DNA of 64,000 nt from Candidatus Poribacteria bacterium (GTDB lineage Bacteria; Poribacteria; WGA-4E; WGA-3G), in NCBI GenBank assembly GCA_965205015.1, contig OZ242029.1, forward strand, positions 1,440,001 through 1,504,000. The letters run 5' to 3'. The notes under the pieces are model-generated. The model did not search any database, had not been told where the DNA came from, and worked only from the letters and a program-made list of their open reading frames with translations. Below, one piece after another: positions 19,499 to 27,256 of this stretch (the first letter of the stretch is position 1; every line of letters begins with the position of its first letter). The position numbers were made by a program, and so were the translations under genes.

Positions 19499-19617
19499 TA
19501 TAGTAGATCCTACAATTAAATGGACACCCAAGAGTTGGCGAGGTTAGAAACCTCGCCAGCGGCGGCGCAGGGTTTTGTGTTTTAGAGAGTGTTCACTTAT
19601 TTCTGGGTTTTACTATA
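19499..19617. mobile_element. MITE with TATAGTA/TACTATA termini carrying a REP hairpin
   Basis: End TGTTCACTTATTTCTGGGTTTTACTATA closely matches the reverse complement of the 21043 end. Confidence 0.6.
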
Positions 19618-19637
19618 AATCAGAAAGGATAGACACC

Positions 19638-20384
19638 ATGTCAGGACACTCCAAGTGGTCAACAATCAAACATAAAAAAGCAGCAAACGATTCCAGACGC
19701 GGCAAACTCTTCTCAAAGTTGGTGAAAGAAATTACCGCAGCAGCGCGCGTCAGTGGCGGGGATATTGACATGAACCCAAGACTCCGCACCGCAATTGCAG
19801 CAGCAAAATCAAGCAACGTCCCGAATGATAACATTGAGAAAGCCGTCCTTCGAGGTACAGGTGAGCTTGAGGGTGAAACCTATGAGGAAATTCTTTATGA
19901 AGGCTACGGACCCGGGGGTGTCGCAATCATGATAGAAGTTCTGACCGACAACCGTAACCGAGCAGTCGCAGATATTCGACACGCTTTCAGCAAACATGAA
20001 GGGAGAATTGGGGAGCGCGGGTGCGTCGCATGGGGCTTTGATAAATGCGGATTGATCGTCGTTACACCTGAGAGTATTGACGAAGAAGCACTGTTTCTCA
20101 TCACGGTTGAAGCCGGTGCTGAAGATGTAACCACCTCCGAAACAGGTATGGAAATTGTCACACCCTTTGAGATGTTCGATAGCGTCTTAACGGCAGTTCA
20201 AGAAACATCCGCTGAAATCCAACTCGCTGAAATTAGTATGATTCCGCAAAATACTGTGAAACTGGATGGGAAAGAAGCGGAACGGATGCTACGCCTCATG
20301 GACGCCCTCGACGAACTTGATGACGTCCAGAAAGTCTACGCCAATTTTGATATCCCCGATAATCTTTTAGAAGCTGCAGCCTAA
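19638..20384 (+). CDS. yebC: YebC/PmpR family protein
   Basis: MSGHSKWSTIKHKK, YEGYGPGG, DDVQKVYAN. Confidence 0.95.
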   Translation: MSGHSKWSTIKHKKAANDSRRGKLFSKLVKEITAAARVSGGDIDMNPRLRTAIAAAKSSNVPNDNIEKAVLRGTGELEGETYEEILYEGYGPGGVAIMIEVLTDNRNRAVADIRHAFSKHEGRIGERGCVAWGFDKCGLIVVTPESIDEEALFLITVEAGAEDVTTSETGMEIVTPFEMFDSVLTAVQETSAEIQLAEISMIPQNTVKLDGKEAERMLRLMDALDELDDVQKVYANFDIPDNLLEAAA

Positions 20385-20387
20385 CTC

Positions 20388-20927
20388 ATGCAAAACCCAC
20401 CTCACCGAACCGAAAGGAAAATTAAAAAGATTCTTGGTATTGATCCGGGCATCGCGAACACCGGATACGGCGTGGTCGAAGCACACGCGAACCGTCTCGT
20501 TTCGCGGGGTTTCGGAAATATCAGAACCAGCGCAAAAACAGCGTCGGAGTTACGGTTGAAACACATTTACGATACCGTAACGCATCTGATCGCCAAATTC
20601 GCTATTGAGAGTATCGTACTTGAGGATATTTTCTTCAGTAAAAACATAAGCAGTGCGTTCGCTGTAGGTGAAGTTAAAGGTATCGTGAAACTCGCAGCCG
20701 CGAATGCGGACTGTCCCGTTACTGTGTATACACCGACCCAAGTTAAACAGGCAGTTGTTGGTTACGGAAGAGCCACAAAATCCCAGATGCAGAAGATGAC
20801 ACAAGCACTGCTTAAACTCAAGGAACCGCCTCGCCCTGATCACGCAGCAGATGCCCTTGCGCTCGCACTCTGTCATGCCCGTTCCTACAAAGTCCTTCAA
20901 CGTCGTGAAAAATACATGCAGTCGTAA
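20388..20927 (+). CDS. ruvC: Holliday junction resolvase RuvC
   Basis: ILGIDPG, VVGYGRATK, DHAADALALALCH; gene context. Confidence 0.95.
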   Translation: MQNPPHRTERKIKKILGIDPGIANTGYGVVEAHANRLVSRGFGNIRTSAKTASELRLKHIYDTVTHLIAKFAIESIVLEDIFFSKNISSAFAVGEVKGIVKLAAANADCPVTVYTPTQVKQAVVGYGRATKSQMQKMTQALLKLKEPPRPDHAADALALALCHARSYKVLQRREKYMQS

Positions 20928-21042
20928 TTGATGACATTTGCCGAAAGAAATCAGAAGGCACATTAAAAAAGCAACGCATCCACAAAAACATAAGCCTGTA
21001 ATGGAAGGGAAGGGCGACTCCTAAGGAAGACACCTCACAGTT

Positions 21043-21167
21043 TACAGTAAAACCCAAAAATAAGTGAACATTCGTAGCACAAACTGTCCAGTTTGTGCAG
21101 GGGAGGCACGCAAACTAACAGTTTGCGCTACAATCGGGGTGCCCAAGTAATTATTGACTCTACTATA
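21043..21167. mobile_element. MITE (inverted relative to 19499-19617) carrying a different REP (GTAGCACAAACTG...CAGTTTGCGCTAC)
   Basis: Shared termini, different internal palindrome. Confidence 0.6.
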
Positions 21168-21203
21168 AAATCACGTCATTTCACCGCAAGGAAGAATAAA
21201 AAA

Positions 21204-21803
21204 ATGATTTCTTATATCAAAGGGGTTCTCGTAGATAAAGAAACAACACAGGTTATTGTAGATGTAAATGGCATTGGGTATACGATCAACGTGTCACCGA
21301 GAACCGTAACGGATTTACCCCCTATAGGTGATACTGTTACGCTTTATACATACTATCATCAAAACCGAGACAACAAAATTACGCTCTACGGGTTCACCTC
21401 AAAGGATGGACTGAAAGTTTTCGAATTGGCTCTGACGGTCTCTGGTGTAGGACCCACACTCGCACAAAACATCGTCGCGAGGCTGTCACCTTCACAATTC
21501 CAACGCGCCGTTCACCGCGGAGACGCAACGATCCTCATGCGGGTTCCACGTTTAGGCAAAGACCTCGCCCAAGTCATCATCACTAAACTCAAAAAGAACA
21601 TTATGAAATTGAAACTCGACGGTGAGGTCGATCTCGGAAAACCCACGGGGACTCCAGATGCAGAGGCAATCAAAATCCTTGTCAACCTTGGTGCATCGGA
21701 ATTTGAAGCAGAACAAGCCGTCGATAAGGCACAGCAAGTTCTCGGTGCGTCTGCACAACGAGAAAACCTCATCGCGCAGGCACTCCGCTATATCCGAAAT
21801 TAA
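21204..21803 (+). CDS. ruvA: Holliday junction branch migration protein RuvA
   Basis: MISYIKG, VNGIGY, LYGF, VSGVGP; start at ATG 21204. Confidence 0.95.
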   Translation: MISYIKGVLVDKETTQVIVDVNGIGYTINVSPRTVTDLPPIGDTVTLYTYYHQNRDNKITLYGFTSKDGLKVFELALTVSGVGPTLAQNIVARLSPSQFQRAVHRGDATILMRVPRLGKDLAQVIITKLKKNIMKLKLDGEVDLGKPTGTPDAEAIKILVNLGASEFEAEQAVDKAQQVLGASAQRENLIAQALRYIRN

Positions 21804-21903
21804 ATCAGGATTATTGCGATTTGTGTGATTTACCATGATACAGTGAATCATAAAAATCATAGTTCAGACTTTTTCTGATAACTATCCGTGTTAGGACCCA
21901 AAA

Positions 21904-22929
21904 ATGGATAACCACGAAATACCAGATTTCGACCGGATACAAGATTTGGCAGCAGATGACGACGCCCTTGGATACAGCCTCCGTCCGGAAACGTTAAGCG
22001 AATTTATCGGACAGGAAAAAGCGAAAGAACAGCTCCGTATTCATATTGAAGCTGCCAAAAAGCGCGGGGATGCGCTCGAGCATGTGCTGCTTGTGGGTCC
22101 ACCAGGGCTTGGAAAAACCACACTTGCAAGGATCATTGCCAATGAAATTCAGACCAACCATAAACAAGCGATCGGTCCGGTCATGGAGAAACTCGACCTC
22201 GCCTCAACCTTGATGAACCTTGACAAAGGCGATATTCTGTTTATCGATGAAATTCATCGGATGAAAGGGTATGTTCAAGAATTGCTCTACCCTGCGATGG
22301 AGGATTACCAACTCGACTTAGCCATCGGTCAAGGTCCCGCATCGGATGTCGTCCAAATGTCTCTTAAGCAATTCACCCTCGTTGGTGCGACGACACGCGA
22401 AGGGTTACTGACCGGTCCTTTTCGCGACAGGTTCGGCATCCGGATCCACCTTGACTACTACGAACCCAAAGACATCCAACAGGCTATTCGCATTAACAGT
22501 GCAAAGCTCAACATTAATATTGACGAAGATGCGGAATACACATTAGCGTGCCGCTCGCGTGGCACGATGCGCATCGCAAATAAACTGCTTGCTAACGTCA
22601 GGGACTATGCCCAAGTCGAAGCAGACGGCTCTCTCTCGCTTGCGGTTGTGGAAGAAGCACTCAAATTCTTTGACATTGATGAACGCGGATTAAACAGACA
22701 AGACTACGCCTATTTTCAAACACTCATTGAAAAATTCAATGGACGTGCGGGGCTGAAGGCACTTGCTGTCGCTTTGAGTGAGGACGAACGCACCATCGCA
22801 GAGGTTTATGAACCTTATTATATTAAAGAGGGGTTTTTGATGCTAACACCGGGTGGACGCATCGCAACCGATGCCGCCCATGCGTATTTCAACTACCCTA
22901 TAGAGTCCCAACCCTCACTGTTCTATTAG
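21904..22929 (+). CDS. ruvB: Holliday junction helicase RuvB
   Basis: LRP..L.EFIGQ, GPPGLGKTT, FIDEIHR, TLVGATTR. Confidence 0.97.
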   Translation: MDNHEIPDFDRIQDLAADDDALGYSLRPETLSEFIGQEKAKEQLRIHIEAAKKRGDALEHVLLVGPPGLGKTTLARIIANEIQTNHKQAIGPVMEKLDLASTLMNLDKGDILFIDEIHRMKGYVQELLYPAMEDYQLDLAIGQGPASDVVQMSLKQFTLVGATTREGLLTGPFRDRFGIRIHLDYYEPKDIQQAIRINSAKLNINIDEDAEYTLACRSRGTMRIANKLLANVRDYAQVEADGSLSLAVVEEALKFFDIDERGLNRQDYAYFQTLIEKFNGRAGLKALAVALSEDERTIAEVYEPYYIKEGFLMLTPGGRIATDAAHAYFNYPIESQPSLFY

Positions 22930-23076
22930 TTGTCAGTTGTCAGTGCGGTTTTTCGCAGAAAAACCTTTCAGTCGTCAGTAAAGACGTAAGCGTTACAGAA
23001 TACCTCTTGTTCCTGATAACTACCATAACTGAAAACTGAAAACTATTTCCTCTGATAACTGAAAACTGATAACTAC
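22927..23076. repeat. Heptamer-flanked repeat element (GTTGTCA.../ACTGAAA...) with GGTTTTTCGCAGAAAAACC hairpin; related copies about 49852-50000, 57887-57935 and 58681-58825
   Basis: Tandem 7-mers in inverted orientation; the hairpin recurs at 57895-57915 and 58764-58782. Confidence 0.7.
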
Positions 23077-23079
23077 TAT

Positions 23080-24108
23080 ATGAAACTCACAGATTTCGAC
23101 TACCATCTACCGCCTGACCGGATCGCGCAAAGCCCACTTCAACAGCGTGATGCGTCCCGACTCTTGGTAGTCGATCGCGACACCCGTGCTTTTTACCACA
23201 CTCAGTTTTCGCAGATTGGGAAATACTTACCCGACGATGCCCTGTTAGTCCTAAACGACACGAAGGTAATCCCTGCACGGTTAATCGGTAGCAAAAGCGG
23301 AACTGGCGGAAAGATAGAATTGCTTCTCATCCGCGAAAAAGAACCAGACACATGGGAGGTACTCGCCAAGCCGCGGCGGAGTCTTCGAATCGGCACACAG
23401 GTTGCATTCAGCAACAGTACCCTAACAGCAGAGGTCCTCGCGAAACCGGAGGACGGACATTGTATCGTCCGTTTCAACTATAGCGGTGAGTTTTCAGCCA
23501 TTCTTGCAGATGTCGGTAGGATGCCTTTGCCGCCTTATATCCGCCGTCCACCGAACGCTGAAGATAAGGTCCGTTATCAATCAGTCTATGCCGCCACTGA
23601 AGGCGCAATTGCAGCCCCTACGGCAGGTCTGCACTTTACACAAGAATTGCTGGAAGAATTGAAAAACAACGGGATAGAAACAGCGATGCTAACGCTACAT
23701 GTTGGACCTGGAACGTTCCAACCCGTGAAAGTGGAAAATATTCAAACCCATAGGATGCATGCCGAATATATCCACCTCGCTGAAACAGCAGCGAACCGGA
23801 TCCGCATCGCGCGGGAGGCGGGAAGGAAAATCGTTGCCATCGGTACCACAGTCGTGCGCTCCTTGGAAACCGCAAGCACGACAGGCACTGTCCATCCCTA
23901 TAGCGGTTACAGTGAACTTTTTATCTATCCCGGTCACCGATTTAATGCGGTAGATGCGTTGGTCACCAACTTCCATCTCCCCAAATCAACTTTACTTATG
24001 CTCGTGAGTGCCTTCGCTGGAAAGGACCTGATTCAGCAGGCTTACCAAGCAGCACTCCAACATGAATACCGTTTTTACAGTTATGGCGATGCCATGCTAA
24101 TTTGTTGA
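23080..24108 (+). CDS. queA: S-adenosylmethionine:tRNA ribosyltransferase-isomerase
   Basis: DFDYHLP..RIAQ, AAPTAGLHF, TNFHLPKSTL, YRFYSYGDAMLI. Confidence 0.97.
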   Translation: MKLTDFDYHLPPDRIAQSPLQQRDASRLLVVDRDTRAFYHTQFSQIGKYLPDDALLVLNDTKVIPARLIGSKSGTGGKIELLLIREKEPDTWEVLAKPRRSLRIGTQVAFSNSTLTAEVLAKPEDGHCIVRFNYSGEFSAILADVGRMPLPPYIRRPPNAEDKVRYQSVYAATEGAIAAPTAGLHFTQELLEELKNNGIETAMLTLHVGPGTFQPVKVENIQTHRMHAEYIHLAETAANRIRIAREAGRKIVAIGTTVVRSLETASTTGTVHPYSGYSELFIYPGHRFNAVDALVTNFHLPKSTLLMLVSAFAGKDLIQQAYQAALQHEYRFYSYGDAMLIC

Positions 24109-24121
24109 TTTTTTAACAGCA

Positions 24122-24148
24122 GTAGGGGCTGGGGAAACCAGCCCTTAC
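24122..24148. repeat. GTAG-type REP hairpin
   Basis: GTAGGGGCTGG-GGAAA-CCAGCCCTTAC. Confidence 0.65.
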
Positions 24149-24182
24149 AAGCAAGTTACGTCAAAAGAGAAGGAGAGATTTC

Positions 24183-24485
24183 ATGGACCAGATAACAGGT
24201 TTGCTTGTTCCGTTCATCGCGATGGGTGCTATTATGTATTTTTTGTTATGGCGGCCCGAACAAGCCAAACGTAAAAAACATCAGAATATGCTGGAGAACC
24301 TGACCAAAGGCGATGAAATTGTAACGAATGGCGGGTTACACGGCAAAATTCTTGGACTTAGCAATGATAAGAACGTCATCCTCATCTCCGTTGGAGAGGT
24401 GAATAGCCAAGAGGTAAAGGTTCAAATTTCGCGGAGTGCTGTTGCTTTTCTCAAAAAGGGAGGCGAACTCATTGAAGGCGAGTAG
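24183..24485 (+). CDS. yajC: Preprotein translocase subunit YajC
   Basis: TM helix, RPEQAKRKKHQNML, KGDEIVTNGGLHGKI. Confidence 0.9.
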   Translation: MDQITGLLVPFIAMGAIMYFLLWRPEQAKRKKHQNMLENLTKGDEIVTNGGLHGKILGLSNDKNVILISVGEVNSQEVKVQISRSAVAFLKKGGELIEGE

Positions 24486-24684
24486 TTGCTGTCCAGTCTA
24501 AAAATTAATGCTCAGAAATTGTCAAGAAAAATGCCATCAACGGCAAAGTTCACCTCCAATTCAATCCACTGAAAGCATGTTCAGCAATCAGACTGTCATG
24601 TGCGCCTGCTTCATGTGGAATGGACCCTCACGGGTTGGTAGAATATTCGCCTAATGCGAAGAGCCACCCGACATGCTCTATTTC

Positions 24685-25020
24685 TCAGTCCCTGAGATCG
24701 ATGAATTCTTTGCCCTTCTTGATTGCCGTTTGGATCTTTTTATAGGCGACTGCTGCGGTTTGAACATCGGGGAATTCTGCGACCTTCAGTGGCAGTGAAA
24801 CGAATTTTTTATGGTGCCGGTCGTATATGGAGCCGAGTGGTTTTGCGAATAGGATTCTCCCGTGTCGATAGATCTCACACCCCGCGCAATCGGTAGAACC
24901 GAGATGGCTATGGATAACAAACTTCATGGCAACTTCCTCACTACCGACCTTTCGCACAACACGTCGCCTATTCTCCAGAACAGAAAACGTTTTAGGCATT
25001 TCGAGATCATAAATCACCAC
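24685..25020 (-). CDS. Hypothetical protein
   Basis: 111-aa ORF overlapping the upstream stop. Confidence 0.5.
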   Translation of the reverse strand: MVIYDLEMPKTFSVLENRRRVVRKVGSEEVAMKFVIHSHLGSTDCAGCEIYRHGRILFAKPLGSIYDRHHKKFVSLPLKVAEFPDVQTAAVAYKKIQTAIKKGKEFIDLRD

Positions 25021-25382
25021 TTGTGGATACGCGGCAGGAGCCTTCCCATGAAGATGCCGAATAAGGTGCCGACAGTAAAAAGAGCGACGTTCTCATAGAG
25101 TTCGCTGCCTCTCTTATCCCTTATGTCTTCACGAAGCTGTTGTAGTTCCTGCTCTTCTCTTGCCATTTCCCGTTTGCGACGCTGCCGTTCGACCGCCTTC
25201 TGTTCTCGCTTTGCCGTCTTTTCCACTCGCCTTGTTGATTTGAGTGCTTTTTTCTCTGCCCTGTCTACTTCCTTTGGGGTAGGTAGTTGCTCGGATGCCC
25301 AAGCGTCTCTGACACACAAACTCATCAGAACTGCAGAGACAATGACACAGACGAGCGTTGAGCGTGTCAATGGCTTTTGCAT
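25014..25382 (-). CDS. Hypothetical protein: signal peptide, coiled coil, C-terminal TM helix
   Basis: GGAGG SD; sequence features. Confidence 0.55.
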   Translation of the reverse strand: MQKPLTRSTLVCVIVSAVLMSLCVRDAWASEQLPTPKEVDRAEKKALKSTRRVEKTAKREQKAVERQRRKREMAREEQELQQLREDIRDKRGSELYENVALFTVGTLFGIFMGRLLPRIHKW

Positions 25383-25433
25383 ACGATTGCCTCCATAAAG
25401 CAGGCTTTGCTTTCGTTAAGTGCCGAAGGGTCC

Positions 25434-25961
25434 TTAGCGAAACACCGAGAGCAGAATATCATCGGTATCCGCGCTGTGCTGGTCGGCGATTTGCTCAACT
25501 GTCATTTCGGGATTCTCAACGGGAAATCCGTCGTTGCCAAGTTTATTAACGAGTTCTTTGACATCCACACCGACGAACGGTGCGAGACGGGTGACAGACG
25601 TTTGCTCCATCTTATCCATTATCAATTCTTCGGGTTCACCTCTGTCGAAAATGGCGGTTCTTGTGACAAGGCCTACCCCGAAAAAAAAAGCGAGTGCGAT
25701 GATGATGACACCTTTTTGAGAAAAATATCGCTTGAAGGGTCGCCAATTCGTATAGATGTGAAGCACAATAGCAACTGAAAACCCGATGCCAACGAGTTCA
25801 TGTGCGTATTTGAAGGGATTTTCCGAACCAAAAAACATCAGCAGCCCCGTGATTGCCGAAAAGATGCCAGCCCCGATAATGAGGGGTGTCGAAAACGATC
25901 GAATGTTTAGTTTTTTCATCAACCTGCTCCTTTTGCTTTTTAAATCTCTTGCAAGTTGCAA
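25434..25961 (-). CDS. DUF4405-like membrane protein (His-containing helices, cytochrome b-like)
   Basis: SAITGLLMFF, AHELVG, LHIYTNWRPFKRY; likely start is MKKLN after AGGAG. Confidence 0.65.
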   Translation of the reverse strand: MQLARDLKSKRSRLMKKLNIRSFSTPLIIGAGIFSAITGLLMFFGSENPFKYAHELVGIGFSVAIVLHIYTNWRPFKRYFSQKGVIIIALAFFFGVGLVTRTAIFDRGEPEELIMDKMEQTSVTRLAPFVGVDVKELVNKLGNDGFPVENPEMTVEQIADQHSADTDDILLSVFR

Positions 25962-26022
25962 AGTCGCATGGGAAAATTTTTATCCTCATTTTATTGAGGG
26001 TGGTGCATAAATAAAGTTGTGA

Positions 26023-26094
26023 AGCATCAGGATAATGGGTATGCTTTAATGAAATCACCCATATAAGGCATACCCAATGTATTATCCTGACGCT
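26023..26094. repeat. Long imperfect inverted repeat
   Basis: AGCATCAGGATAAT-GGGTATGCTTTA ... TAAGGCATACCC-AATGT-ATTATCCTGACGCT. Confidence 0.8.
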
Positions 26095-26149
26095 AAAGAG
26101 TATATCACATTTTTGTTTTCTTTGCTTGACGAGTTTTCTGATTAAGTGT

Positions 26150-26748
26150 GGCGATATACGCTTTAGGTCTTGATAACCACCTTTACTTTATTCCCTATTC
26201 ATAAGTCATCGACTTCTATAGGTTGCCTGTTTTCACAAGATTTCAACGCTATAGATAAAATGTTTTCAGGAGTGTTTCAAAGCACTTAACCTGATTATGC
26301 TTGCGTCTCTTGACGCTACCTAATCTCCGCAACCTTATGGACTACGAGAGTCCACTTAGGTTCTCTCTAATTTCCTGATAATAGACGTCTTGAGTTGATT
26401 GAGTGTTATCCTATACCCCAGTTCGTTAGGCATCCTAACGTTGTGTCTATTGGGTCTACTCGAATGCTGAACTATAAGCAACATTCCTTGAGACACCACG
26501 GTTTTTCAAGGCATTCTGTGTCGATACTTATGAGGCTTACGGATATTCAACTTTCGTTTACACGTGTCAATTCTTACCTGACGTATCAATTTTGGGTCTC
26601 TTGTGAGTTGCCTGTCCCTCAGATATTCGCCATTTTCCCTTGCTTCCCACAGAGTTGTTTCCAATATGCAGTTAGGGTAAGGTATGCGGTGTTAGACTCA
26701 CCGAGTAGGGATTGAACCTACATTCTATTATCGCTTATTAGAGCGCAC
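26150..26748 (-). mobile_element. Group II intron 5' half (DI-DIII, start of DIV); no RT ORF and no DV/DVI seen
   Basis: Starts GTGCG at 26748; EBS1 loop (26470-26476) and EBS2 (26521-26527) are complementary to the 5' exon; DIII-like GCGGAGA...TAGCGTC...GACGC...GTGCTTTGAAACAC resembles IIB/CL-class introns as I recall them. Confidence 0.8.
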
Positions 26749-26784
26749 TATAGTTTGTATCAAATGACCCCATGAGTTAAACTG

Positions 26785-26826
26785 AGGACTTACGCATTGA
26801 TACGATAAATCGCATCACTACAAACA
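26785..26826 (+). repeat. 42-bp direct repeat AGGACTTACGCA...CGATAAATCGCAT.ACTACAAACA (second copy 31045-31086)
   Basis: 37/42 identical by manual count. Confidence 0.8.
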
Positions 26827-26942
26827 TAAGGACCTTTGGCTGTTAGGTGTGTTTACATAGCACGCCATAGGTGCCAAGGGCGTGTATAGGGTGCGTGTCA
26901 GAGCGATAAGCATCGCTCACACCCTAACCGAGAAGAAGGACC

Positions 26943-27184
26943 GTAGGTTGGGTTGAACGGTATCCGAATCAAACGCTGGTGTGCCAAAATACATCACATC
27001 TGACCCACTCACACATACATCCACGACCCCAGTGAAACCCAACATTTTTCTTTTTCAACTCCTACAACCGTGTCGGTATGACGTTGGGTTTCGCTATCTC
27101 CTTGATTGCTATGAGGGTGTCGGGTGCTGAAATGTGCTTGGGGTCTCCAGAGTGTCTTTCTCAGTTCCGCTCAACCCAACCTAC
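26943..27184. repeat. REPIN-like doublet
   Basis: GTAGGTTGGGTTGA ... GAAACCCAAC ... GTTGGGTTTC ... TCAACCCAACCTAC. Confidence 0.75.
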
Positions 27185-27256
27185 TACGATACTCAGCAAC
27201 GATCGCTGGGAAACTAATAAACATCGGCATCCCAGCTATCCTATGGTCATTTGATA

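Noticed and set aside
19575-21203. Extended N-termini of yebC and ruvA in the ORF track
   Set aside because: The extensions are MITE sequence; conserved starts are at 19638 and 21204
22927-23076. Possible CRISPR array
   Set aside because: Degenerate 7-mers without regular repeat-spacer structure; no cas genes
24685-25961. Integron cassette array
   Set aside because: The genes overlap or have short spacers with no attC structure; no intI in the window
26395-26715. 106-aa plus-strand ORF
   Set aside because: Antisense to intron domain I, with no protein motifs
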